A DNA stretch of 45,341 nt, taken from contig JAUCBJ010005132.1 in NCBI GenBank assembly GCA_032718475.1, positions 1 through 45,341 of the forward strand, given 5' to 3'. Positions 25,401 to 39,150 of the stretch are shown piece by piece (the stretch's first letter is position 1; every line of letters begins with the position of its first letter). Source of the DNA: Nemertoderma westbladi. Taxonomy: Eukaryota > Animalia > Xenacoelomorpha. A model generated the notes under the pieces. That model worked only from the letters and a program-made list of their open reading frames with translations, was not told where the DNA came from and did no database searches. Made by a program: the position numbers and the translations under genes.

Positions 25401-28400
25401 CTCTCTAACCCTTGTACTCTCTAACCCTTGTACTCTCTAACCCTTGTACTCTCTAAACCTTGTACTCTCTAACCCTTGTACTATCTAACCCTTGTACTCC
25501 CTAACCCTTGCTCTCTCTAACCCTTGTACTCTCTAACCCTTGTACTCTCTAAGCCTTGTACTCTCTAACCCTTGTACTCTCTAACCCTTGTACTCTCTAA
25601 CCCTTGTACTCTCTAAACCTTGTACTCTCTAACCCTTGTACTATCTAACCCTTGTACTCCCTAACCCTTGCTCTCTCTAACCCTTGTACTCCCTAACCCC
25701 TGTACTCTCTAAACCTTGTACTCTCTAACCCTTGTACTCTCTAACCCTTGTACTCTCTAACCCTTGTACTCTCTAACCCTTGTACTCTCTAACCCTTGTA
25801 CTCTCTAACCCTTGTACTCTCTAACCCTTGTACTCTCTAACCCTTGTACTCTCTAACCCTTGTACTCTCTAACCCTTGTACTATCTAACCCTTGTACTCC
25901 CTAACCCTTGCTCTCTCTAACCCTTGCCCTAACCCTTGCTCTCTCTAACCCTTGTACTCCCTAACCCTTGCTCTCTCTAACCCTTGTACTCTCTAACCCT
26001 TGTACTCTCTAACCCTTGCACTCTCTAACCCTTGCACTCTCTAACCCTTGTACTCTCTAAACCTTGTACTCTCTAACCCTTGTACTCCCTAACCCTTGCT
26101 CTCTCTAACCCTTGTACTATCTAACCCTTGTACTCTCTAACCCTTGTACTCTCTAACCCTTGTACTCCCTAACCCTTGTACTATCTAACCCTTGTACTCC
26201 CTAACCCTTGCTCTCTCTAACCCTTGTACTCCCTAACCCTTGCTCTCTCTAACCCTTGTACTCCCTAACCCTTGCTCTCTCTAACCCTTGTACTCTCTAA
26301 CCCTTGTACTCTCTAACCCTTGCACTCTCTAACCCTTGCACTCTCTAACCCTTGTACTCTCTAAACCTTGTACTCTCTAACCCTTGTACTCTCTAACCCT
26401 TGTACTCTCTAAACCTTGTACTCTCTAACCCTTGTACTCCCTAACCCTCGGTCTCTCTAACCCTTGTACTCTCTAAACCTTGTACTCTCTAACCCTTGTA
26501 CTCCCTAACCCTTGCTCTCTCTAACCCTTGTACTATCTAACCCTTGTACTCTCTAACCCTTGTACTCTCTAACCCTTGCACTCTCTAACCCTTGTACTCT
26601 CTAACCCTTGTACTCTCTAACCCTTGTACTCTCTAACCCTTGTACTCCCTAACCCTTGTACTCTCTAACCCTTGTACTCTCTAACCCTTGCACTCTCTAA
26701 CCCTTGTACTCCCTAACCCTTGTACTCTCTAACCCTTGTACTCTCTAACCCTTGTACTCTCTAACCCTTGTACTCTCTAACCCTTGTACTCTCTAACCCT
26801 TGTACTCCCTAACCCTTGTACTCTCTAACCCTTGTACTCTCTAACCCTTGTACTCTCTAACCCTTGTACTCTCTAACCCTTGTATTCTCTAACCCTTGTA
26901 CTCTCTAACCCTTGTACTCTCTAACCCTTGTACTCTCTAACCCTTGTACTCTCTAACCCTTGTACTCTCTAACCCTTGTACTCTCTAACCCTTGCACTAT
27001 CTAACCCTTGCACTATCTAACCCTTGTACTCTCTAACCCTTGTACTCTCTAACCCTTGTACTCTCTAACCCTTGTACTCCCTAACCCTTGTACTCTCTAA
27101 CCCTTGTACTCTCTAACCCTTGTACTCTCTAACCCTTGTATTCTCTAACCCTTGTACTCTCTAACCCTTGTACTCTCTAACCCTTGTACTCTCTAACCCT
27201 TGTACTCTCTAACCCTTGTACTCTCTAACCCTTGTACTCTCTACACCTTGTACTCTCTAACCCTTGTACTCTCTAACCCTTGTACTCTCTAACCCTTGTA
27301 CTCTCTAACCCTTGTACTCTCTAACCCTTGTACTCTCTAACCCTTGTACTCTCTAACCCTTGTACTCTCTAACCCTTGCTCTCTCTAACCCTTGCTCTCT
27401 CTAACCCTTGCTCTCTCTAACCCTTGTACTCTCTAACCCTTGTACTCTCTAACCCTTGCACTCTCTAACCCTTGTACTCCCTAACCCCTGTACTCTCTAA
27501 ACCTTGTACTCTCTAACCCTTGTACTCTCTAACCCTTGTACTCTCTAACCCTTGTACTCTCTAACCCTTGTACTCTCTAACCCTTGTACTCTCTAACCCT
27601 TGTACTCTCTAACCCTTGTACTCTCTAACCCTTGTACTCTCTAACCCTTGTACTCTCTAACCCTTGTACTCTCTAACCCTTGTACTATCTAACCCTTGTA
27701 CTCCCTAACCCTTGCTCTCTCTAACCCTTGTACTCCCTAACCCTTGCTCTCTCTAACCCTTGTACTCCCTAACCCTTGCTCTCTCTAACCCTTGTACTCT
27801 CTAACCCTTGTACTCTCTAACCCTTGCACTCTCTAACCCTTGCACTCTCTAACCCTTGTACTCTCTAAACCTTGTACTCTCTAACCCTTGTACTCTCTAA
27901 CCCTTGTACTCTCTAACCCTTGTACTCTCTAACCCTTGTACTCCCTAACCCTTGTACTCTCTAACCCTTGTACTCTCTAACCCGTGCACTCTCTAACCCT
28001 TGTACTCCCTAACCCTTGTACTCTCTAACCCTTGCTCTCTCTAACCCTTGTACTCTCTAACCCTTGTACTCTCTAACCCTTGTACTCTCTAACCCTTGTA
28101 CTCTCTAACCCTTGTACTCTCTAACACTTGTACTCTCTAACCCTTGTATTCTCTAACTATCTAAGCCTCGCATTCTCTAACCCTTGTACTCTCTAACCCT
28201 TGCACTCTCTAACCCTTGTACTCCCTAACCCTTGTACTCACTAACCCTTGTACTCTCTAACCCTTGTACTCTCTAACCCTTGTACTCTCTAACCCTTGTA
28301 CTCTCTAACCCTTGTACTCTCTAACCCTTGTACTCTCTAACCCTTGTACTCTCTAACCCTTGTACTCTCTAACCCTTGTACTCTCTAACCCTTGTACTCC

Positions 28401-31400
28401 CTAACCCTTGTACTCTCTAACCCTTGTACTCTCTAACCCTTGTACTCTCTAACCCTTGTACTCTCTAACCCTTGTATTCTCTAACCCTTGTACTCTCTAA
28501 CCCTTGTACTCTCTAACCCTTGTACTCTCTAACCCTTGTACTCTCTAACCCTTGCACTCTCTAACCCTTGCACTATCTAACCCCTGTACTCTCTAACCCT
28601 TGCACTCTCTAACCCTTGTACTCTCTAACCCTTGCACTATCTAACCCTTGCACTATCTAACCCTTGCACTATCTAACCATTGCTCTCTCTAACCCTTGTA
28701 CTCTCTAACCCTTGTACTCCCTAACCCTTGTACTCCCTAACCCTTGTACTCTCTAACCCTTGCTCTCTCTAACCCTTGTACTCTCTAACCCTTGTACTCT
28801 CTAACCCTTGCACTCTCTAACCATTGCACTCTCTAACCCTTGTACTCTCTAACCCTTGTACTCTCTAACCCTTGTACTCTCTAACCCTTGTACTCTCTAA
28901 CCCTTGTACTCTCTAACCCTTGTACTCTCTAACCCTTGTACTCTCTAACCCTTGTACTCTCTAACCCTTGTACTCTCTAACCCTTGCACTCTCTAACCCT
29001 TGCACTCTCTAACCCTTACTCTCTCTAACCCTTGTACTCTCTAACCCTTGCACTCTCTAAACCTTGTACTCTCTAAACCTTGTACTCTCTAACCCTTGCA
29101 CTCTCTAACCCTTGCTCTCTCTAACCCTTGTACTCTCTAACCCTTGTACTCTCTAACCCTTGTACTCTCTAACCCTTGTACTCTCTAACCCTTGTACTCT
29201 CTAACCCTTGTACTCTCTAACCCTTGTACTCTCTAACCCTTGTATTCTCTAACCCTTGTACTCTCTAACCCTTGTACTCTCTAACCCTTGTATTCTCTAA
29301 CCCTTGTACTCTCTAACCCTTGTACTCTCTAACCCTTGTAATCTCTAACCCCTGTACTCTCTAACCCTTGTACTCTCTAACCCTTGTAATATCTAACCCC
29401 TGTACTCTCTAACACTTGTACTCTCTAACCCTTGTACTCTCTAACCCTCGCATTCTCTAACCCTTGTACTCTCTAACCCTTGTACTCTCTAACCCTTGCA
29501 CACTCTAACCCTTGTACTCTCTAACCCTTGTACTCTCTAACTCTCGCACTATCTAACCCTTGCTCTCTCTAACCCTTGCACTCTCTAACTCTTTCTCTCT
29601 CTAACCCTTGCACTCTCTAACCCTTGTACTATCTAACCCTTGTACTCTCTAACCCTTGTACTCTCTAACCCTTGTAATCTCTAACCCCTGTACTCTCTAA
29701 CCCTTGTACTCTCTAACCCTTGCTCTCTCTAACCCTTGTACTCTCTAACCCTTGTACTCTCTAACCCTTGTACTCTCTAGCCCTTGTACTCTCTAACCCT
29801 TGTACTCTCTAACCCTTGTACTCTCTAACCCTTGTACTATCTAACCCTTGTACTCTCTAACCCTTGTACTCTCTAACCCTTGTACTCTCTAACCCTTGTA
29901 ATCTCTAACCCCTGTACTCTCTAACCCTTGCACACTCTAACCCCTGTACTCTCTAACCCTTGTACTCTCTAACTCTCGCACTATCTAACCCTTGCTCTCT
30001 CTAACCCTTGCACTCTCTAACTCTTGCTCTCTCTAACCCTTGTACTCTCTAACCCTTGTACTCTCTAACCCTTGCTCTCTCTAACCCTTGTACTCTCTAA
30101 CCCTTGTACTCTCTAACCCTTGCTCTCTCTAACCCTTGTACTCTCTAACCCTTGTACTCTCTGACCCTTGTATTCTCTGACCCTTGTACTCTCTAACCCT
30201 TGCTATCTCTAACCCTTGTACTCTCTAACCCTTGTACTTTCTAACCCTTGTACTCTCTAACCCTTGTACTTTCTAACCCTTGTACTCTCTAACCCTTGCA
30301 CTCTCTAAACCTTGTACTCTCTAACCGTTGTACTCTCTAACCATTGTACTCTCTAACCCTTGTACTCTCTAACCCTTGTACTCTCTAACCCTTGTAATCT
30401 CTAACCCCTGTACTCTCTAACCCTTGTACTCTCTAACTCTCGCACTATCTAACCCTTGCTCTCTCTAACCCTTGTACTCTCTAACCCTTGTACTCTCTAA
30501 CCCTTGCTCTCTCTAACCCTTGTACTCTCTAACCCTTGTACTCTCTAACCCTTGTACTCTCTAACCCTTGTACTCTCTAACCCTTGTACTCTCTAACCCT
30601 TGTACTCTCTAACCCTTGTACTCTCTAACCCTTGCACTCTCTAACCGTTGCACTATCTAACCCTTGCATTCTCTAACCCCTGTACTCTCTAACCCTTGTA
30701 CTCTCTAACTCTCGCACTATCTAACCCTTGCTCTCTCTAACCCTTGTACTCTCTAAGCCTTGTACTCTCTAACCCTTGTACTCTCTAACCCTTGTACTCT
30801 CTAACCCTTGTATTCTCTAACCCTTGTACTCTCTAACCCTTGTACTCTCTAACCCTTGTATTCTCTAACCCTTGTACTCTCTAACCCTTGTACTCTCTAA
30901 CCCTTGTAATCTCTAACCCCTGTACTCTCTAACCCTTGTACTCTCTAACCCTTGTAATATCTAACCCCTGTACTCTCTAACACTTGTACTCTCTAACCCT
31001 TGTACTCTCTAACCCTCGCATTCTCTAACCCTTGTACTCTCTAACCCTTGTACTCTCTAACCCTTGCACACTCTAACCCTTGTACTCTCTAACCCTTGTA
31101 CTCTCTAACTCTCGCACTATCTAACCCTTGCTCTCTCTAACCCTTGCACTCTCTAACTCTTTCTCTCTCTAACCCTTGCACTCTCTAACCCTTGTACTAT
31201 CTAAGCCTTGTACTCTCTAACCCTTGTACTCTCTAACCCTTGTACTCTCTAACCCTTGTACTCTCTAACCCTTGTAATCTCTAACCCCTGTACTCTCTAA
31301 CCCTTGTACTCTCTAACCCTTGCTCTCTCTAACCCTTGTACTCTCTAACCCTTGTACTCTCTAACCCTTGTACTCTCTAGCCCTTGTACTCTCTAACCCT

Positions 31401-34400
31401 TGTACTCTCTAACCCTTGTACTCTCTAACCCTTGTACTATCTAACCCTTGTACTCTCTAACCCTTGTACTCTCTAACCCTTGTACTCTCTAACCCTTGTA
31501 ATCTCTAACCCCTGTACTCTCTAACCCTTGCACACTCTAACCCCTGTACTCTCTAACCCTTGTACTCTCTAACTCTCGCACTATCTAACCCTTGCTCTCT
31601 CTAACCCTTGCACTCTCTAACTCTTGCTCTCTCTAACCCTTGTACTCTCTAACCCTTGTACTCTCTAACCCTTGCTCTCTCTAACCCTTGTACTCTCTAA
31701 CCCTTGTACTCTCTAACCCTTGCTCTCTCTAACCCTTGTACTCTCTAACCCTTGTACTCTCTGACCCTTGTATTCTCTGACCCTTGTACTCTCTAACCCT
31801 TGCTATCTCTAACCCTTGTACTCTCTAACCCTTGTACTTTCTAACCCTTGTACTCTCTAACCCTTGTACTTTCTAACCCTTGTACTCTCTAACCCTTGCA
31901 CTCTCTAAACCTTGTACTCTCTAACCGTTGTACTCTCTAACCATTGTACTCTCTAACCCTTGTACTCTCTAACCCTTGTACTCTCTAACCCTTGTAATCT
32001 CTAACCCCTGTACTCTCTAACCCTTGTACTCTCTAACTCTCGCACTATCTAACCCTTGCTCTCTCTAACCCTTGTACTCTCTAACCCTTGTACTCTCTAA
32101 CCCTTGCTCTCTCTAACCCTTGTACTCTCTAACCCTTGTACTCTCTAACCCTTGTACTCTCTAACCCTTGTACTCTCTAACCCTTGTACTCTCTAACCCT
32201 TGTACTCTCTAACCCTTGTACTCTCTAACCCTTGCACTCTCTAACCGTTGCACTATCTAACCCTTGCATTCTCTAACCCTTGTACTCTCTAACCCTTGTA
32301 CTATCTAACCCTTGTACTCCCTAACCCCTGTACTCTCTAACCCTTGTATTCTCTAACTCTTGTACTCTCTAACCCTTGTACTCTCTAACCCTTGTACTCT
32401 CTAACCCTTGTACTCTCTAACCCTTGCATTCTCTAACCCTTGTACTATCTAACACTTATACTATCTAACCCTCGCATTCTCTAACCTTTGTACTATCTAA
32501 CCCTTGTACTCTCTAACCCTTGTACTCTCTAACCCTTGTACTCTCTAACCCTTGTACTCTCTAACCCTTGTGCTCTCTAACCCTTGTACTCTCTAACCCT
32601 TGTACTCTCTAACCCTTGTACTCTCTAACCCTTGTACTCTCTAACCCTTGTACTCTCTAACCCTTGTACTCTCTAACCCTTGCACTCTCTAAACCTTGTA
32701 CTCTCTAACCCTTGCACTCTCTAACCATTGTACTCTCTAACCCTTGTACTCTCTAACCCTTGTACTCTCTAACCCTTGTACTCTCTAACCCTTGTACTCT
32801 CTAACCCTTGCACTCTCTAACCCTTGCACTATCTAAACCTTGTACTCTCTAACCCTTGTACTCTCTAACCCTTGTACTCTCTAACCCTTGTATTCTCTAA
32901 CCCTTGTACTCTCTAACCCTTGTACTATCTAACCCTTGTACTCCCTAACCCCTGTACTCTCTAACCCTTGTATTCTCTAACTCTTGTACTCTCTAACCCT
33001 TGTACTCTCTAACCCTTGTACTCTCTAACCCTTGTACTCTCTAACCCTTGTACTCTCTAACCCTTGTATTCTCTAACCTTTGTACTCTCTAACCCTTGTA
33101 CTCTCTAACCCTTGTACTCTCTAACCCTTGTACTCTCTAACCCTTGTACTCTCTAACCCTTGCACTCTCTAACCCTTGCACTCTCTAACCCTTGTACTCT
33201 CTAACCCTTGCTCTCTCTAACCCTTGCACTCTCTAACCCTTGCACTATCTAAACCTTGCACTCTCTAACCCTTGTACTATCTAACCCTTGTACTCCCTAA
33301 CCCCTGTACTCTCTAACCCTTGTATTCTCTAACCCTTGTACTCTCTAACCCTTGTACTCTCTAACCCTTGTACTCTCTAACCCTTGTACTCTCTAACCGT
33401 TGCACTATCTAACCCTTGCACTATCTAAACCTTGCACTCTCTAACCCTTGTACTCTCTAACCCTTGTACTCTCTAACCCTTGTACTCTCTAACCCTTGTA
33501 CTCTCTAACCCTTGTACTCTCTAACCCTTGTACTCTCTAACCCTTGTACTCTCTAACCCTTGTACTCTCTAACCCTCGTACTCCCTAACCCTTGCATTCT
33601 CTAACCCTTGTACTATCTAACCCTTATACTATCTAACCCTCGCATTCTCTAACCTGTGTACTATCTAACCCTTGTACTCCCTAACCCCTGTACTCTCTAA
33701 CCCTTGTACTCTCTAACCCTTGTACTCTCTAACCCTTGTACTCCCTAACCCTTGCATTCTCTAACCCTTGTACTATCTAACCCTTATACTATCTAACCCT
33801 CGCATTCTCTAACCTGTGTACTATCTAACCCTTGTACTCCCTAACCCCTGTACTCTCTAACCCTTGTACTCTCTAACCCTTGTACTCTCTAACCCTCGTA
33901 CTCCCTAACCCTTGCATTCTCTAACCCTTGTACTCTCTAACCCTTGTACTCTCTAACCCTTGTATTCTCTAACCTTTGTACTCTCTAACCCTTGTACTCT
34001 CTAACCCTTGTACTCTCTAACCCTTGTACTCTCTAACCCTTGTACTCTCTAACCCTTGCACTCTCTAACCCTTGCACTCTCTAACCCTTGTACTCTCTAA
34101 CCCTTGCTCTCTCTAACCCTTGCACTCTCTAACCCTTGCACTATCTAAACCTTGCACTCTCTAACCCTTGTACTATCTAACCCTTGTACTCCCTAACCCC
34201 TGTACTCTCTAACCCTTGTATTCTCTAACCCTTGTACTCTCTAACCCTTGTACTCTCTAACCCTTGTACTCTCTAAACCTTGTACTCTCTAACCGTTGCA
34301 CTATCTAACCCTTGCACTATCTAAACCTTGCACTCTCTAACCCTTGTACTCTCTAACCCTTGTACTCTCTAACCCTTGTACTCTCTAACCCTTGTACTCT

Positions 34401-36533
34401 CTAACCCTTGTACTCTCTAACCGTTGTACTCTCTAACCCTTGTACTCTCTAACCCTTGTACTCTCTAACCCTTGTACTCCCTAACCCTTGCATTCTCTAA
34501 CCCTTGTACTATCTAACCCTTATACTATCTAACCCTCGCATTCTCTAACCTGTGTACTATCTAACCCTTGTACTCCCTAACCCCTGTACTCTCTAACCCT
34601 TGTACTCTCTAACCCTTGTACTTTCTAACCCTTGTACTCTCTAACCCTTGCACTCTCTAAACCTTGTACTCTCTAACCGTTGTACTCTCTAACCATTGTA
34701 CTCTCTAACCCTTGTACTCTCTAACCCTTGTACTCTCTAACCCTTGTAATCTCTAACCCCTGTACTCTCTAACCCTTGTACTCTCTAACTCTCGCACTAT
34801 CTAACCCTTGCTCTCTCTAACCCTTGTACTCTCTAACCCTTGTACTCTCTAACCCTTGCTCTCTCTAACCCTTGTACTCTCTAACCCTTGTACTCTCTAA
34901 CCCTTGTACTCTCTAACCCTTGTACTCTCTAACCCTTGTACTCTCTAACCCTTGTACTCTCTAACCCTTGTACTCTCTAACCCTTGCACTCTCTAACCGT
35001 TGCACTATCTAACCCTTGCATTCTCTAACCCTTGTACTCTCTAACCCTTGTACTATCTAACCCTTGTACTCCCTAACCCCTGTACTCTCTAACCCTTGTA
35101 TTCTCTAACTCTTGTACTCTCTAACCCTTGTACTCTCTAACCCTTGTACTCTCTAACCCTTGTACTCTCTAACCCTTGCATTCTCTAACCCTTGTACTAT
35201 CTAACACTTATACTATCTAACCCTCGCATTCTCTAACCTTTGTACTATCTAACCCTTGTACTCTCTAACCCTTGTACTCTCTAACCCTTGTACTCTCTAA
35301 CCCTTGTACTCTCTAACCCTTGTGCTCTCTAACCCTTGTACTCTCTAACCCTTGTACTCTCTAACCCTTGTACTCTCTAACCCTTGTACTCTCTAACCCT
35401 TGTACTCTCTAACCCTTGTACTCTCTAACCCTTGCACTCTCTAAACCTTGTACTCTCTAACCCTTGCACTCTCTAACCATTGTACTCTCTAACCCTTGTA
35501 CTCTCTAACCCTTGTACTCTCTAACCCTTGTACTCTCTAACCCTTGTACTCTCTAACCCTTGCACTCTCTAACCCTTGCACTATCTAAACCTTGTACTCT
35601 CTAACCCTTGTACTCTCTAACCCTTGTACTCTCTAACCTTTGTATTCTCTAACCCTTGTACTCTCTAACCCTTGTACTATCTAACCCTTGTACTCCCTAA
35701 CCCCTGTACTCTCTAACCCTTGTATTCTCTAACTCTTGTACTCTCTAACCCTTGTACTCTCTAACCCTTGTACTCTCTAACCCTTGTACTCTCTAACCCT
35801 TGTACTCTCTAACCCTTGTATTCTCTAACCTTTGTACTCTCTAACCCTTGTACTCTCTAACCCTTGTACTCTCTAACCCTTGTACTCTCTAACCCTTGTA
35901 CTCTCTAACCCTTGCACTCTCTAACCCTTGCACTCTCTAACCCTTGTACTCTCTAACCCTTGCTCTCTCTAACCCTTGCACTCTCTAACCCTTGCACTAT
36001 CTAAACCTTGCACTCTCTAACCCTTGTACTATCTAACCCTTGTACTCCCTAACCCCTGTACTCTCTAACCCTTGTATTCTCTAACCCTTGTACTCTCTAA
36101 CCCTTGTACTCTCTAACCCTTGTACTCTCTAACCCTTGTACTCTCTAACCGTTGCACTATCTAACCCTTGCACTATCTAAACCTTGCACTCTCTAACCCT
36201 TGTACTCTCTAACCCTTGTACTCTCTAACCCTTGTACTCTCTAACCCTTGTACTCTCTAACCCTTGTACTCTCTAACCCTTGTACTCTCTAACCCTTGTA
36301 CTCTCTAACCCTTGTACTCTCTAACCCTCGTACTCCCTAACCCTTGCATTCTCTAACCCTTGTACTATCTAACCCTTATACTATCTAACCCTCGCATTCT
36401 CTAACCTGTGTACTATCTAACCCTTGTACTCCCTAACCCCTGTACTCTCTAACCCTTGTACTCTCTAACCCTTGTACTCTCTAACCCTTGTACTCCCTAA
36501 CACTTGCATTCTCTAATCCTTGCACAAACTAAC
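7475..36533. repeat. Intronic 16-bp satellite (CTAACCCTTGTACTCT)n, ~29 kb, ~1800 units
   Basis: Directly visible 16-bp periodicity with point variants and rare indels. Ends exactly at the splice donor of exon 36650-36534. Confidence 0.99.
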
Positions 36534-36650
36534 CTTTGGGCGAGGAGCTGCGGAACCATTTATCCTGCAACTGTTCGAATTCAACACCGCTCGTATAATT
36601 ATGTATCAGTTTGGAGAGAACGTCCTTTAGGTTGGAACCTTTTGGAACGC
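36534..36650 (-). CDS. GRIN3: Internal exon of GluN3-like receptor (end of S2 domain)
   Basis: Acceptor ttttgattttAG, donor AAAG|GTTAGT, 117 nt (phase 1 to 1), in frame with both neighbours. Translates (G)VPKGSNLKDVLSKLIHNYTSGVEFEQLQDKWFRSSSPK(G), a typical iGluR 'P.GS.L...S..I.......L..KW' segment. Confidence 0.92.
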
Positions 36651-36678
36651 CTAAAATCAAAACAAAATCATTAACAAT

Positions 36679-36921
36679 GGACGGACGGACGGACGGACGG
36701 ACGGACGGACGGACGGACGGACGGACGGACGGACGGACGGACGGACGGACGGACGGACGGACGGACGGACGGACGGACGGACGGACGGACGGACGGACGG
36801 ACGGACGGACGGACGGACGGACGGACGGACGGACGGACGGACGGACGGACGGACGGACGGACGGACGGACGGACGGACGGACGGACGGACGGACGGACGG
36901 ACGGACGGACGGACGGACGGA
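36679..36921. repeat. Perfect (GGAC)n microsatellite, ~60 units
   Basis: Directly visible. Ends ~28 nt from the acceptor of exon 36650. Confidence 0.99.
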
Positions 36922-37188
36922 TGTGGATAAATGTGAAATAATGTAGGGATGGGTGGCGGTGATTTTTCTGGTAATTATTACAAAATATATTAAAGAAAAC
37001 CACCGATAATTCAGCCCACCTCAACGTAACCCGACTTGTTGGTTGCCAAGCTCCCTATGATAAAGACTAACTAGATGCCCTTCTTTCTCTACTACTACTA
37101 CTACTATGATCGGCATGCTGCATTGCAGCTGCATTTTTAAGAATGCTGTGCCGGCTTGACGACAAAACTGCGCCGCCACAACTCCCTA

Positions 37189-37971
37189 TCACACAAGACA
37201 TGTCATGGGCTGTCCACCATGCTTATTCACTCCATGAGGCTGCCAAAGTACAAGATTATGCACTGGCTGGTCCTCACGGCGAAAGCAATGTCCTGCAAAG
37301 CGGAGGCGATTTTGTTCTAGTGTCAAGCTTGGGGGAACCAATGAGACACCTCCAATGTTATATAGTGTCTGGTTGGAGATGTGTGCATTGTACTTGACAC
37401 AATGAACCCGGCGTAGCATTCTTGTGAATGTGCCATCCAGAGATTTGGTGTCCTCAGCAGTTAGAGCCCAGCATGGACTCCCATAGAGGAGTACTGGAAC
37501 TACTGCTGCTCTAAATAACCGGACCTTAAGTTTCCGATTAATTCTCGGTGACTTCCAAATCCTGGAAAGCCTATTCAAGGCTGCCCATGCCTTTCCCTTA
37601 CGTATTCGAAGGTCCTCACCTGACTTCTGGATCCATGATCCCAGGTAACAGAAGTCATCCACATGCTCAAGCATACCATCTTTGGAGCGTATGCTCATCC
37701 GATCAGAGACTTGCTGAGGACTTTCAAAGTTAACTGTCAAAATTTTGATCTTTCTGGAGTTAATAAAAAGACCAACACTAGAAGCAGCATGTTCTAATGA
37801 GCTGAGGAGCCGTTGGGCTCCCTCTAGTGATTCTGAGAGTACTTCTAAGTCATCAGCAAAGTCTAGATCAGTTAGGTACTTGGCAGGATTTCCTCGACTT
37901 CTGGAGCCAGTAGGTGGAGTTATCATCACCCCATCATCATTGTGATGATCTAAGGACATGCGTAGAACATA
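37189..37971 (-). pseudogene. C-terminal part of LINE reverse transcriptase (motif 5 onward)
   Basis: YVLRMSLD...YLTDLDFADDL...DFCYLGSWI...LFRAAVVPVLLYGS..W...RLRFAGHCFR. Upstream RT motifs are absent. Confidence 0.88.
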
Positions 37972-38373
37972 GCATCATTGATGGCATCAACCTGTTGGTT
38001 TATTAGCTCCTGGAGATTAACAGAGTACTGCCTATTCAGGGACCTAGATGCAGCCTTAACTGCATTCTTGGCCGCTGTAGTCTGTTTGAGTCGGGACTCT
38101 TTCTGCGCCTTATAAAGGTCATTTCGGCACTTCTGAATTTTGTTGTCAGTCCAGGGGGCCCTTTTCCTGTTTCGAGGGTATACGGGAACTGTATCTGCAG
38201 CTGCTAACTTAACTGCTTCTGTGAAGGCAGTATAGCCCTCACAGTGATCTGCCGCCTCAGAGGCAAGAACCTCATACCTGTTGCTCAGCTGTAGTGTGAA
38301 GCTGGATCTCACCCTTGGCTGTTGCAACAGAGAGGACCAGTCATGCCGCGGCAAGGCAGATTTCGTTGTTCTG

Positions 38374-39150
38374 CTAGCACGCAGACTTAAGTCTTACCTT
38401 GGCCACAATAAGGCGGTGATCACTGGAGAAGGGTCGAAGTGTAAATGCATTACAGTCTTGTATAGAGCTCCTGTATTTCCTATGAAACAGAATATGGTCT
38501 ATCTGGGACTTGTGACCACTGGGTCCACTATGAGTCCATACCTTTCCAGTTCGCATCTTGAACTGGGTTCCAGCCGAAAACAATCCATTTCCAGAGATAA
38601 AATCCTGAAGAATGACGGAATTTCGGTTAACACTATTGCTATTAACCCAGGGCGATGTAGGTGATTGATGCAGACTTGCATTAAAGTCTCCCAGGAATGT
38701 TAAGAATGCATGCTGATCCACTCCATCAGTAGCTGCTTGTAGATTATGGTAGAAATTTTCCACCTCCTCTACAGGGGCAACACTAGTTGGAGAGTAGCAC
38801 ACAATCAGAACCACCTTAGGAAACTTCTTAGCCAGTCTTCCAGAACATGAGAAGTGACAACGGATGATGCGGTTAGAGATTTGGTCTATTTTGTCCAATG
38901 CTGCATGTGCAGTTGGATTCATCAAAAGACCAATTCCACCATTGCCACTATCATCTGCTGAAGCGAGGGCGAGTCGCCAACCGCACCCCATGTCCTTAAT
39001 CAGAACCTCATCAGTCTGTCCAGTCTGCATTCGGTGCTCTTGAACACCCACTGCGCTAATTAAGAGAAAGCTTATCTGCCAAGGCAGTCAGCTCACCTTG
39101 TCGCATTGGGGACCCGAGTGTTAGGGTGTTTACTGAGGCTAGTCTAGTGA
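38374..39150 (-). pseudogene. Apurinic-like (APE) endonuclease domain of the LINE, disrupted
   Basis: ASVNTLTL ... stop ... GVQEHR ... GDFNA ... IDH ... SDH. A stop at ~39056 and a frameshift at ~38375 break the frame. Confidence 0.85.

Noticed and set aside
7475-36533. True telomere or interstitial (TTAGGG)n tract
   Set aside because: Period is 16 bp with a single telomere-like core, and the array is flanked on both sides by exons of one gene.
36611-37024. ORFs with (DGRT)n / (RPSV)n repeats
   Set aside because: Translations of the GGAC microsatellite.
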